In this document: in pieces, positions 1 to 12,429 of the stretch | How the letters are laid out: every line of letters starts with the position of its first letter | Position numbering within the stretch: position 1 is the stretch's first letter | NCBI RefSeq assembly: GCF_000143415.4 | Contig: NW_003314438.1 | Coordinates: 1 to 64,000 of the forward strand | Direction of reading: 5' to 3' | Origin: Selaginella moellendorffii | Lineage: Eukaryota > Plantae > Lycopodiophyta | DNA length: 64,000 nucleotides | The notes under the pieces: model-generated | Seen by the model: only the letters and a program-made list of their open reading frames with translations | Told to the model about the DNA's origin: nothing | The model's database searches: none | Position numbers and translations under genes: made by a program

Positions 1-648
1 GTTTTGAGCGTATGCAGCCAGCATGGCTGTCTCGGCGATCATGTCTCGAAGTGGCATAGCATCGAAGATCTCTTTCGCAGAGAAGATATGACCCTTTTGG
101 GCATATGCCGCGAGCATGGCAGTCCAAGAAACAAGGTTCTTTTCAGGCATAGAATCAAAGATTTGAGTGGCTTCGAGGAGCAAGCCGTGACCGATGAAAG
201 CAGTGAGAATCGCGTTCCAAGAAACGATGCTAACAATTGGAGTAGAATCAAAGATGATCTTTGCAGAGTCAAGATGCCCACACTGGGCATATGTCGAGAG
301 CATGATGTTCCAGGAGACGAGCGAGCGCTGCGGCATGGAATCAAAGAGGAGCTTCGCGTTTTCTAGCTGCCCATTACGGGAATAGGCCGTGAGCATGAAA
401 TCCCAGCTGAAAGAGTCCCGCATGGCCGTGTCCAATCGATCAAACACCTCTCTCGCGAGCTGTGGACTCCCGCATTTGCCAAACATCTCGATCAGCTTGT
501 TGAGGATGAAGATCGAGGAGGACGATTCATCGCCACCGTGCTTGATCGCGACCGCGCGCCGCACGCCATGCTCGATCGCCCGAGCTAGAGACAGCGACTT
601 GCAAGCCTCGATCCTGCGAAGCCACTCGTCCTGGGTGTGAAGGATCAT
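1..648 (-). CDS. Pentatricopeptide-repeat (PPR) protein, PLS/short-motif type, N-terminal part; runs off the window edge
   Basis: Open frame from ATG at 648 to position 1, with an in-frame TGA upstream. Translation includes NKLIEMFGKCGSPQLAREVFDRL..DSFSWDFMLTAYSRNGQLENAKLLFDSMPQRSLVSWNIMLSTYAQCGHLDSAKIIFD..NLVSWTAMLAAYAQKGH, i.e. tandem ~31-aa PPR motifs. It is absent from the ORF track because no stop falls inside the window. Confidence 0.93.
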   Translation of the reverse strand, partial: MILHTQDEWLRRIEACKSLSLARAIEHGVRRAVAIKHGGDESSSSIFILNKLIEMFGKCGSPQLAREVFDRLDTAMRDSFSWDFMLTAYSRNGQLENAKLLFDSMPQRSLVSWNIMLSTYAQCGHLDSAKIIFDSTPIVSIVSWNAILTAFIGHGLLLEATQIFDSMPEKNLVSWTAMLAAYAQKGHIFSAKEIFDAMPLRDMIAETAMLAAYAQN

Positions 649-1759
649 TGCTTGGGCCTTCTCGACCAGACTGGTGGATAGATTGCGAACAACCCACCAA
701 TGCCTTCATGGATTGCTGGCTCGACCGCATAAGATTCATTTCTCAAGAAGGTATGCTTCTGAAGTCCATTTTGCTTGGATAACATAGCTCTACCATGGAT
801 AAAGCATATTCATGATTCTCGTTTTGTCTGGAGGAAAAAGAATTGCTTTGTAGCGGCGCTTCCAAGGATCCCGCCAAGGAGCAGCGCCTAGGTCTGCGAT
901 AATCTCTGCCAATATATATAGATCGCACTCTGGTATAAGTTCTTGTTCTTCATGATTCTTTTATGGCGGAAAAACTCAATTTTCGACTAAGAGAGCTACT
1001 CACAAATGCCTGCATTTGTCTGCGGCACTTGTGCCTATGTTATTTCTCGCCATTGTTTCCATCCATGCATTGAGAGAGCTTCTTGATCTGGTGCATGAGG
1101 TTTACCTCCTTAGTATGCTCCATCTTGATCCATATGTGGTCACAGACTCGGTTTGCAAACATGCATCAACCTATAACCTTGCCTTTTCAAAACTCAGAAG
1201 CCTGCCTCTTAGCCTCTTCCCTTGTCTTTGCGAGCTTACAATCCATGGTGATGACATCCTCTCATTTTCTAGTATTGCCCTTTCTCACCTTCAAAACTTG
1301 AGAATCATCTTGTCAAGTGACACTTTCACTTTAGATACCAATTTAAAAATTTGTAAAGGATTTTGATGCAATAAGCTTAGAGTTTAACTCCAAATTCAAG
1401 TGCACTACAAAATGCTATTTCTTGAAAAAAACTTTGATAAGCTCCCTATATCTAGCTTTTGCATGCAAAATGGTGTTAGATGGTGTTTAGCATAAGTCAA
1501 AATACTAATGGCCTAATGTAAAGAAGTGGGTACCCCACTAACAAACTTGGGTTTATGCTCAAATTAAACATAAAATAAAGAGTAACACAACCTTATGAAT
1601 GTCTTAAGTGGTTTGCTATGCTTCTGATTATCTTTATTATACATTTAAAACCCTTTATACCCCCACCTTTGCCTCTGCCCAATATGAAAGAACTAAGACT
1701 CGTGATGCCTTTCCCTTACTTTAAGGAGTATAATCTTTTTAACTTAGAGACTCATTAAG

Positions 1760-4700
1760 CCACTTGTGGTGGTTTTTTCCCTTTGTTTGGTTTAATTCTA
1801 GTTAAACCCATTAGAAATACTTTTTGTATCTCAATCCAACTATTTATTCTTGAGTAATTTTAGCTTCTATCAACATAACCATCACACTTTGAAACTTTTA
1901 ATTTTGATTTCTCGAAGTCAATTTCTTAGGTGTCTCCGACACCTTGCATTACACATATTATGCAAACTCCACTTCTCCATCATAGAAAGTTCTTTACTTG
2001 AGGGCACCATCATCCTCTTTTTTATTTTATGCCACTCTAAACACTAAGTTTTATTTATCCATAATTCACGACCCTATCATTTAGCTAATTTGCTACTCCC
2101 TCTTTTAAAACTTTCACCTTTGCCAAATTGAAGTATTTGAGAATCCATCATTGGAAATATATTTTCTTTCCCATGATCTATTAGCATCCAACATATAAGT
2201 GTTCTTTGCCTAACTTTACCATTTAGATTTTTTCCAATGATTTCTATAGCTCTCTTGATGTTAAGTGATATCTTCTTGCTTGCCCTTTGTGAGATCTTTC
2301 ATATTTTGCCTTTATCCTTTGATCGTTTCACTAAATAATGTAGGATCACTACTTCCATCATTGAAGTATCCTTTTAGTTCCATAACTAAGGCTTTGCTTT
2401 GCTAAATCCAGAGGGTGTTTACCCCTAATAAGTCTTTTTAGCATTTTTTACTGTAAGCTTTATCCACAGCCCAACTTTATAGCCCTCCTATAAGTATTTC
2501 CTAAAAATTACTTTCTTAGACTCACTATACCATCGCATTGACACCCTTGATTTCCCTTTAAGTGTCTTTCCCACTTGGTCACTTTGACTAAGTCACACTA
2601 TTACCAACAGTTCAAATCACCACTTTCCTATTCCTTAACCAAACAAGGGATTTGTCCTTTTTTAACCATAAGATCACCTAGTAACATAATCTTGACACCT
2701 TAACAGATTTGCCAATAAATATTAAGCCTTTCAAACCTTTAAGTTGTTGACAATGACCTTGAGGGCATCCTTCACACTTGGTAGTATGCCCAAACTAGCC
2801 CTTCTGGCCAAGGGTCCATAGTAACTAAGATTGGGTGTCCACATCCAATTCACCACATTTTTTATGCCACTTGCACCAAAATGTTTAAGTTAGATATATT
2901 GAGCTTTCACACTAAGAAATCTAACCATGCATCATGACTCTGAGGCATCCCCTGTTTGGCAGTATACCCAAGCCAATCTCCTTACTAAGAGTTCATGACC
3001 TCCAGAAAATGAGTGTTTTCATATTCCAAACCATCACCAGGCCCTAGTGAGTTGGGACTCGAACTCAAGCACTAAAGAGTTGGGACTCAAACTCAACCTT
3101 CGCATGTATCTACGAGAGGCATCACCCAAGATGCCTAGTATAACTCCCTATGTTGGTGCACCAACTTATACTTAAAGTGTGTTATTGATCACAATTTAGG
3201 AACTTAGTTCCTCTGAATTGCCAAATCCTCTCACTTGACAAGTCTGTGATCATGCATGAACTCCTCCATACTTGGCTCTATGGGCTACCCCTCTTTGAAG
3301 TCAACACCTTCCACTAGGGTTTTTGTTCTCCTGACTTGCCAATCTCACTTAGCAAGTCATCTAACTAGCTTAATATAGTTTTATGTATAAGCGTGAAAAT
3401 CCTTAACTATCGACTTTCATTCAAAGCCATCTCTTTGAACACTCGGGAACTATTTCCCCAACCTTGATAGCTTCGCCTCATGGCAAACTTCAAGACCATA
3501 CTTCTGCTATGTCATTCTGATTTTGCACGTTTTATGAACCATTTATACTTGCCTTTCTAGGAACTAACCTATCTAGAATTGTCTTTGGGAACCTTGAAGG
3601 GACTTTATCCTTTAACTTTCTAAAGCTTCTCCATTCACATGTTTTCTAATTACTATATGGTTTAATATGGATGATTCCATACTTTAGAGTCTCCATGGCA
3701 TCACGATTGCCAGTAGCAACACTTTTGAACACCCACTTAATTCTCCACTCCCAACTTGCATAACCACTCTCAGTCATGCCCTTTGATTAATATAGTTTGG
3801 TTATATCCTTTTACTATTTACTTTTGGTGTTACATGTTTCTTTCGGTAATTCTCTTCCAAGCTAAGAGGATAGTTTTGCACTTTCTACCATGTCTTAGCA
3901 AGTATTCTTAACGATGAACCTACCCGAAAGCTTAGGGAGTGGTTCCTCAATCCAAATATGCTCACCTTGTAATCTTATATACCAAGATTAACATTGCTAC
4001 TTATGAGCCTTTATGTTCCCGTCACTAGTCTTGTCATCTCTTTTGGTTTTGTCCAATTTGGATAAATGGACTTCTCCCGTCTCCGCAACCTTGGACATTA
4101 AATAGCACCTTATATCCATTATTCATTAAAGAATTAGTCCCTTGAGCCTTATCTAGTGCTCATGATATCAAACACTACTTCCTGGTGTTTTAGAGTGTTT
4201 AGGTGTCCTAATGATGGCCTTCTTTGACAATGAACATTTCCTTTTATGACATTGACTTGTAACATAATCATTTTATCCCCCCATAGGATATATCTAACCT
4301 TCTTATCCCAATAATTTTTTTTGGGAAGTTAACCTCTACCAATCCAATCAATTATACCATATATTTGCTTAGTTATCTCACAATTGTCAAGTCTTACAAC
4401 GCATTGCTAGTGATTCCACACCTCCATCATTATTTGGGACTACACATTTGAATTGCATGCCTTCCAGCTTAGGCTATGGCAATCTTATTTTCATTGAGAT
4501 TCCTTTGGCAAATAGTTCTCATGAATCAACCAACTTGACTTCAAGGCCTCATTCCTTGAGATATTTAAGTCTCCAACCCATTAGCTTTATGAGCCTACTT
4601 TCATAACACTTTTCACTTGTGTCTAGATCTTTGCCAAGACCAAAGCAGTTGTTTCTCATGCCCACTATCAATTAGCACTACACTATGGTGTTCACATACA

Positions 4701-5011
4701 ACTCTGTACCACAGTTACTTTCTTCTGGGAACACTTGTCCCACGATTTTAGTATGACACATTCTGCCGTCAATGAGATACCCATTGTTCACATATTTGGA
4801 TCTTATGATCCTCCTCATCCTTCATTGGGTACAACACACCTTAGTCCAAATGCTTCTATCAATTCTTTAGGACCATTCCTTGACTCCACTTGAGTCATCC
4901 AACTTTTTAGACTTTGTTAATTTAACGACCCATAACACTCTAGCCTCATAACTACTTTTGAGGTGCTAGCTCATTGAAATACAACTTTTTACATTCATGT
5001 CTTACTCATAA
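1760..5011 (-). mobile_element. Heavily decayed Ty3/gypsy internal region (pol remnant), family A
   Basis: Colinear similarity to the internal regions at 49450-53870 and 58700-59640 (e.g. ttaaacccattaga, cctcatccttcattgggtacaacacacc). No intact ORFs. Interrupted at 5012 by the MULE terminus. Left boundary approximate. Confidence 0.75.
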
Positions 5012-5100
5012 GGGGGATGGTCCAAAGTTGAGTTAAGCTCACGAGTTGAGCTCAATTCAGCTCAAATCAATACTAGTCAACATAGTCAACCATAAGTCTT
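5012..5100 (+). repeat. Left terminal/subterminal repeat of the MULE-like element
   Basis: GGGGGATGGTCCAAAG followed by GAGTTGAGCTCAA-type units. The same terminus is at 7936 and the inverted units are at 8766-8810. Confidence 0.7.
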
Positions 5101-5409
5101 ATAAGGAAATATTAAGTCAGAAAAGTGTTATTCTTTGGTGAACTTGAAATTTATGAATTTAAGTATCAATGGTTCAGAGAGATTTTTATTTTTTAAATCT
5201 TTCCAATACAATTTATACAATTTCTAGAATTAGAAGTTCGTTTGAACCCATAGAAATTTTTGGGCTTTATTTGTTCTAAATAAAATGGGAATATTGAAGT
5301 TTGAATGAACCTAAAATTTCTATTATACATTTCAACATTTTAACATTTCAATAATTGACCAAAAATATACAAATAATTCGAAACACTGATTCACTCATTC
5401 ATTTTTTAG

Positions 5410-5666
5410 GGTTTACAGAGATGGGAAGCAAGGAAGACAAAAAATCTATAAATAGTTATAGCATACAGAAATGTGAGAATGTTAATTTTTTTTCACTACC
5501 ACAATCTTCATATTACATGCCTGGTCCTTATTACCCATCCGGGAATGTGGAAAGCACTATCACTATTGATAAAAATGCTCCTATTACTTTCGAAACAACA
5601 ATCCAGAGCAAGAGAAAAGAAGAAATGGACAGCACAGCGGAAAACACTAATAAATCCACTCTATAA
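5410..5666 (+). other. Short exon/ORF (~80 aa, MGSKEDKK...PGPYYPSGNVESTITIDKNAPITFET), duplicated in the nested element at ~8268-8528
   Basis: Clear nucleotide similarity between 5403-5670 and 8259-8530. Both copies are preceded by a ttttag acceptor-like site. Function unknown. Confidence 0.45.
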
Positions 5667-5715
5667 ACCTTTCAATGGCTTTTGTAATCCACTAAAATAT
5701 TATAAAAGAAAGTAA

Positions 5716-6135
5716 GTTTTTTTAGCCCCAAGTGTGATTGAACAAGAGATCCCTTTTCTAGATAATGTTTTAAATGTTGCTACTAAAGATAGATTGCCTT
5801 ATGTGCTTCAAGAGCAATGCCAAATGTTTCTTCAAGATCTTGCTCTAGATATGGTTGAAACTTTTGAAAAAATGAACACATATTATCTCTAGTGTCCCAT
5901 CTGCTACTTTTATTTAGATAAAACGGAAGGTTGTATGGGTCTAGAAACTTTTCTAAAGCACTGTCACAACTGCCCAAGAACTGGTGTGGAAGGTGTGCAT
6001 AAATGGATGTATAAGAAAATCAAAAAAGAGTTAAGAACACACAATCATTATCATTTCATGGTGAGGAACAATATTCCGTTAGTAAATTCTACATCCACAA
6101 CTATTGAATATGGTATTTTTAGGCCATACTACTGA
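5716..6135 (+). pseudogene. Small zinc-finger protein remnant (CPxC...H...H, zf-XS/SGS3-like spacing)
   Basis: One frame 5716-6135 with a single TAG at 5890-5892, immediately before CPICYFYLDKTEGCMGLETFLKHCHNCPRTGVEGVHKWMYKKIKKEL. Confidence 0.45.
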
Positions 6136-7935
6136 AAATTCTAGCTACTAATAATTCTTACACTATGATAATGTCCATCCCCCCCCCCCCCCCCCTCGCC
6201 TTTTTTTTATTAACAAAATTGTATTACCTATAGATAATAAACTCATAATACTAGTAATTATGAAATTTGACAGACTAACACTGTAACTCTGTCATCTCTA
6301 ACACTGACACTATCTCTGTCACTAACACTATCACTGTCACTATTTGCTGCACTGACACTATCATTGTCACAATCATTATCACATTGACATGTGACACATC
6401 TTTCTCATTGCAAGTGGATGCATTCAATTGTCTTTTAATGTATCATTAATAAATAGATTTTTCATACCACTCCTCAATTTACACATTGCATATGATGTGC
6501 CATGCATACCTAGTAAGACTTCTAGAAAACTAAATATATATTATATATAAGTTTTTAAAACATCATAAATTACCTCCTAGAAGCAACTGATAGAGAAGGA
6601 CGAAAAGCTCTAAAACGGCATTTGAAGAACTCATATTCTTCAATTGCAAACACCGATTTACCAGAGTCACGTGCTACTTTGACCATCGAACCACTACCTG
6701 CTGTGCAATTGATGACAACACCCCTAGTTGGGTAATAAAGCTCAAGTAGGACATGCATTGCCGATAGAGATTAGAACTGATACCTAGACAATGTGTTGCG
6801 GATGTCGTCGTCTACGAGATTTGGTATGATGTCAGTAAAGCTATTATACACTGGCAAAACCTTTGCAACACACTTGCTATCACGAAAACCATCATTTTCT
6901 TTTCTGTAGAACACATGGTAGATCCACATCATAACCTAAATAATAAAACTTTAGAGACAACCAAAATAGAAGATGATTTTTTACCTTCTTTGGCATGCCT
7001 AAGATGCCTTTGATCTCGACCCCAACACTATCCATGATGCACTTGGAAGAAAACCTCTTGAAGTTGACTCGACTTGCATACCTCATAAGGTAGAACATCC
7101 AATGGGGGTCATTTGGGAAAATGAAGGCAACTTGACCAGTTGTGTGAAAGAGAATTGTTGCCAAAAGAAATGCATCTTTCAAGTGGTCTTTAGTCAGGTT
7201 GTTCCAGCTTAGGACATCACCATTAGCATCTGGAAGACCATCTAGCATGTCAAAGAGCATGAATTTTGTGCTTTTGAGTGGTCGCCTATGGATCTTTTGA
7301 CAAAAGTGCTCCAACTTTTGCCGGATAGCCATATTCTCAGCATCCTCCTCAAAAGATGCCATTAATGAACTGTAGGAGCCAATGGAATGCCACTGGAGAA
7401 ACAAGGCGAATCTAAGGGGAGAAGACAAAGATAAGATGTGAACTTAAGAAAATTTTACATACCGTCATGTGGCATGTGGTAGATGTAAGTTCCTCCAGGT
7501 CCTCTTCTTAGGCATCAAGACAAGTTGGAATGAAGTTACTCCCGACAGGTTTTGCTGCAACCATTTTGAGGAAATAAGAAAAGGAGAGAATTAAAAGAAA
7601 TATACATCGAGAAGTTCCTTGGTTATGGGGACATCTTGAACAATCATCATCACTGTTGACTAATACCTCCAGATGTGGATTTGCACGCTTTCGTCGAGGT
7701 AGAACTTCTTTGACGTTCTAGTTCTCTTGCTGGACTTCGTCTCGAGGAATTTCTTGCAAGTCGTTCTCACTGCCATCTTTAGTCTCCTTGCCATTGGTAT
7801 CAACAATGTCAACATTCTCATGGCCATCATCTTTGTCATCTGGCATGTCTTCATTGTTGACTCTTGCAACCTCTCGGTGGGTTGGTGCATAATCTGGCAT
7901 CTCCAATTCCCAAGGACAAGCTCTTTATTGCTGTT

Positions 7936-8824
7936 GGGGGATGGTCCAAAGCTAAGTTGAGCTCAATTCAACACAAGTCAACTCAAGTCAACATAGTCAA
8001 TAAGAAGTATTACAAAGGAAATCTAAATCGAACAAATGAATGTTCTAGCAAACTTTAAAATATTAAAATACGTAAATATCTGAGTTAAAAGTTTCTATAA
8101 GATTGAAATGTTTAAAAAAGACAAAGTTCATAAGAACCTATTTTTTATAAAACAATATTATTTTATTATGACAACTATTACAGCTGTCATATTTGATTTG
8201 ACTACTTAATATTTTGAATACTTTTACAGCTGTAGATACTATTCCTTCATTCAAAAGATTTTTTAGGGTTCTTGAGAGGATGGGAAGCAAGGAAAATACA
8301 AGATCTATGAGTAAAAGTTGTAGTGCAAAGGAATGTGAGAATGTTAATTTTGTTTCGCTACCATAATCTCCATATTACACTCCTGGTCCTTATTACCTAT
8401 CTGGGAATGTGGAGACCACTATCACGATTGGTAAAAATGCTCCTGTTACTTTTGAAACAACAGTCTAGAGCAAGAGAAATGAAGAAACAAATAGCACGGC
8501 GGAAAACACCAAGAAATCTACTCCATAAAAGTTTCCATGACATTTGTAATTTATATATTGATTCATATTAAAAACTTTGTTGCCTACCTATATTGCAATC
8601 CTCTCATATGATAAGACCAAGGTATATTTTGCAGTGAATCCTCATTAAAAGTTTTTGGGAATTGTTTGTAAATAATAATAAAAGAAATTAAAATCTTTCG
8701 AAAGACTCAAAAGTAATATCACATTATTAAAGTTTATAATATTTGTACTAAATCACTATTAAAAATTGAGCTCAACTCGTGAGCTCAACTCTTCAACTCG
8801 TGAGCTCAAGTATCGTCCACGCCC
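7936..8824. mobile_element. Non-autonomous derivative of the MULE-like family, nested in the cargo gene
   Basis: Starts GGGGGATGGTCCAAAG and ends ...GAGCTCAAGTATCGTCCACGCCC with inverted GAGCTCAACTC subterminal units. Flanked by an 8-bp TSD, TTGCTGTT (7928-7935) / TTGCTGCT (8825-8832). Confidence 0.85.
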
Positions 8825-11019
8825 TTGCTGCTGGAAACTTCATTATTGTTGGGTACATGCCTCCATCTCTCACACCATGCCTCAAGAGTCGTGTGCATAC
8901 CGATGTTTCGAGAGGAACACCTCTATATTGGAGATACCTATAATAGAATATAAACAAATTGAGTATAGTTGAGAAATTGTATGTTACTTGAAAGCCGCTT
9001 GACACATGAAGTAAAGTTGGCTAAGTTGTTTATCAAATGGAGTCGTGTTTGTGGCCTTCTTTGGTAGCCAATCCTCTCCGAGTTTTGTAAGCTCAATGGT
9101 GATGTAGTCCTTGAATGGAAGTTGCTCAGGATCATCCCCTATGAAAGGCGCTAAAAACATCTCCCTTTCATAAATAGTTTGTGAAATGTAGACGGTCCTC
9201 TTCATCACAGTCTCCATCATACTGTTCAAACCTTTTTCTCCTTCCCTGAGTCTGCTATTGAGGTCATTCAGAATGTGTATCTATTCCTCATATGTAAGCT
9301 TTGACTTTCAGATGTTGTAAATAATCTCATCTGGAGTCTTGTCCACTAAGAAATAACTTTTGTGAGTAACCTTCATGTAAACACAAACAATACTTACTTT
9401 CATGACAAGAAATATCTGTTATAATATCAAACCACTCCTTTGGGCGTCAAGGGTCAGCTACACTAAGTAATTTCTTTACCTTTGTCTTCTTTGTGTTGTT
9501 GATTTTCTTGTCAATTGTAGCTAAATGCTCCAAGAGTTCTTGATCATTTTCAGCTCGATGTGACTGTGCATATGCATCTTGCTTAACCTTCACCAATGGC
9601 TGAAGACAACACAAACATTCTATGATAAGAAGTATACTTGGAAGAACATACCTTACTCCACATAGCTGTCATAAAAGCCATTGGATTCTTGTACCATCTA
9701 TTGGCATCTTGACAACCTCGTTGATGTTGAATAAGTGATGCTAAATCATCACCATAGTGGCTGCGAACTGCATCCTTGTCGAGATTGGCAAGAAACCAGA
9801 TCTGCTTGATATCATATACTAGGCTTTGTTTTTGCATTGCAAACTGTGCAAACTGTCCCAACTTGCAAAACACAAATTGTTAAAAATGATTGAAGAGGGA
9901 GAGGTAATTATGCATTAATTTTGTGGCAAGCTATCACAAGCTTTGCCACATCTAGAGATCCTCTTGCGTGTACATGTCCAACCAGAAAATTGATGTGATA
10001 GACAGGATCATCTCAGAAACATTCATTGATGCACTTCATCCACACACACCAGCGATGATTCCCGTCGATAATGTAGAACATTTTCCCCACAAATTGTTGA
10101 GTCTCAGAATGGCTCATAAGCATGTTGTCAAATTCACGGGACTTCATTTTCCAAATGTCATCCCAAACCCTCTCGATTTCCGGTGACATCGAGAGGGTAT
10201 TTGTTGTTCCTAGTTTGAAGACTGAAACAAGGAACATACCTATGTTTGTCCCAAGGCCATTCTGTTTGTATAAACTATAGATGTCCATGTTGATGAAGTG
10301 CGGTGAAGCAGACCAAACAATGCTTGTCTAACTGAATCGACATAGTAGGATTTCTCGGATTATGTCTCCCGGGCCTTCCACTTGAGAGACTCCAGAGTCG
10401 TGTGAATGGCCTTCTCTTTGGTTCTCAAAACTGTCTCTTGGAAGCGCTTGTCTACAATGTGTTCAGGTAACTCCACTTCTCTTTCAACTTCAGCTACACT
10501 TCTAGTAGCACCATTATTAGATCTAGCCCCCAGCTCGGGCCCAACACCCCCGTCAGGTGCACTTGGGCATTGCTCCGTAATGTAGCTAGTTTCTGCCATA
10601 TTTTGCGAATATGTTAAGAGTAGTGGCATTTGTGATTGTGGCTGCAATGGTAGTGATGACAATCGCGCTACTAGTGGTGATGATGGTGGCAGTGGTGGTA
10701 GTCATAGTGGCGATGATGGTGGTGGTGGTAATGGTGGTGATGAAGGTAGAGGTGGCAATGGTGGTGAAGGTGGTGGTAGTGGTAATGGTGGTGGTGGCAA
10801 AAATGGGGGTGCATGTGGACTAGAGCTATCTAGTTGCGAAGATGGCAGAGTTGTCGCTGTGGAAATCTCTATTTGAAGGTCAACTTGATTGTCATCCTGG
10901 ATCTCATCTTCCTCATGTCTTCTCTTTGATCCAACATCCTTCTCCTTTTGTAGTTGCTTCCGTTTCTGAAAATAAAAAAGACTCATTATAAATTAAAAAT
11001 GCATAAGAAGCAAGGACTT

Positions 11020-11540
11020 TGGGGCGTGGACTCGGCGCAGGCACTGGTTTGCCGGCAAACTGGCCCACCCCCAAGCGCCAAGTCCAAGTGCCTGGGCCAG
11101 GCACTTGGCGCTGGCCAGCCAAGGCACTTGGGGGTGGGCCGGTTCGCTGGCAAACTGGCCCTCCCCCAATCGCCAAGTCGAAGTGCCCGCCCCCAAGTGC
11201 CTTTGCCGCCTCTCACAGAGTGCCTGGCCTGGGCACTTGGCACGGGTGCCGGTTCGCCGGCGTACCGATGCGGAGTGCTCGGCTAAATGCCCAGCCCGAA
11301 CACTTGGCAGTAGCCGCACTGGGCATGGTGGCGGCAGCACTAGGCACGGCAGCGGCGGTGCTGGGCAGCGGCTGCCCTGGGCAGTGGCGGTGCTGGGCAG
11401 CAGTGGCACTGGGCACGGCAGCAGCGGCCCTAGGCAGTGGCGGCACTGGGCGTGGTGTGGCGTGGGTGCGGCAGCACTGGGCGCGGCAGCACTGGGCACG
11501 GTGTGGGTGCGGCGGTGCTGGGCGTGATGTGGGAGTGGAG
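11020..11540. repeat. GC-rich palindrome/tandem-repeat array in intron 1 of the MULE cargo gene
   Basis: Palindrome GTTTGCCGGCAAAC (11047-11060) with variants at ~11141 and ~11251. Hairpin CCAAGTGCCTGG-G-CCAGGCACTTGG (11084-11108). Many GGCAGCRGCACTGGGCAC-like units at 11305-11525. Confidence 0.85.
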
Positions 11541-12429
11541 GAGTAAAAAACTTACTCCTTGCAACATTCTGTTTGATGCTGATGGATACCGCAGTCACTC
11601 CCAATCTCCCGCTCTACTTTCTGTAAAACCTTAATGCTGGCGGCTGCCCTAACCCTAACCTAACTTTCATCACAGCCATTCATTGTGGATGCAGTAAATT
11701 TTCATTACATTCTGTAAATATTTGCTAGCAATGTACAATTTCTATTCCGTCCTAGATTTGATCATGTGACAAAGACCTTTTGAGTTGTAATTTAATAATG
11801 AAGGTGTGCTCTAATATGACTATGCCATAATATGGTAATAATGTCACAGATGCATGTGTCGAATTGATCATAGTACAAAATTATAAATGAGAATTATATG
11901 TTTCTTGCAAGTAATAGTATCTTGTCAGAAAATATAAGATTATTAAATTTTAAAGTGTTATTTCCAAAGCAATGTATATAGATAATTTACTATAGGTGAT
12001 AGATGGTTACAAAGATGGAATATATTTAAATGAGTTCAGAAGTATGTGATGATTTCTAGCTTTAATGAAGTACTGAAAATATGTACAATATTTAATTTGT
12101 TTAGCAATAGTTGGTTGATGGTAGATCCTAGAATAAAATCATTCCTATCTTTCATATTATGGCACATGCTTAAGGTGATATTTCTTTCCGTTCTACCAAA
12201 AGTTAGTCCATATAATAAATTTGAGCATGTTTTTGAATTCAATGTATACAGAATTTTAATATTGTACAACATAGTCCTATATACTTCATACAGAATTAAT
12301 TATAACAACATTATTCGATATTAGATCCTAGAATAAAATTGCCCTTTCTTTTCACATAATAGCATAGCACATGTTTGAGGTGACATTTCTTTATAAAAAT
12401 TCAGAGTTCCAAAACCTAAAAGCAACAAA

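Larger units (their letters stand above)
6570..11567 (-). pseudogene. Transposon cargo gene: ParB-like domain + beta-class N4C/N6A DNA-methyltransferase-like domain (multi-exon, disrupted)
   Basis: Exon 1 is ATG TTG CAA GGA (11567-11556), followed by a GT..AG intron (11555-10966) and a Pro-rich linker. ParB-like box KMFYIIDGNHRWCVW at ~10050. Motif-IV-like KFMLFDMLDGLP at ~7250. Then YQF*S..LLELYYPTRGVVINCTAGSGSMVKVARDSGKSVFAIE (6780-6640), matching the HPxQKP/VLDPFAGSGT..AA..GR..IG.E pattern. Carries stops, frameshifts and an 889-bp insertion. Confidence 0.68.

Noticed and set aside
4-640. Plus-strand ORFs 4-366 and 389-640
   Set aside because: They are antisense shadows of the minus-strand PPR gene.
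1016-1366. Leu-rich 116-aa ORF, possibly an F-box/LRR remnant
   Set aside because: It has a non-ATG start and only vague LxxL periodicity, so no family can be supported.
6170-6250. GTCCATCCCCC plus a nearby ACTCATAA as the right end and TSD of the element starting at 5012
   Set aside because: There are no subterminal GAGCTCAACTC units, the candidate TSD is not adjacent to the end, and the interrupted gypsy sequence does not resume afterwards.
6277-6400. 6-bp periodic ACTGTC/ACTATC tract
   Set aside because: Low-complexity sequence; I cannot tell whether it is a D/S-rich last exon or non-coding.
10913-11634. Many overlapping Ala/Gly/Pro-rich ORFs
   Set aside because: They arise from the GC-rich repeat array, which fits better as an intron.
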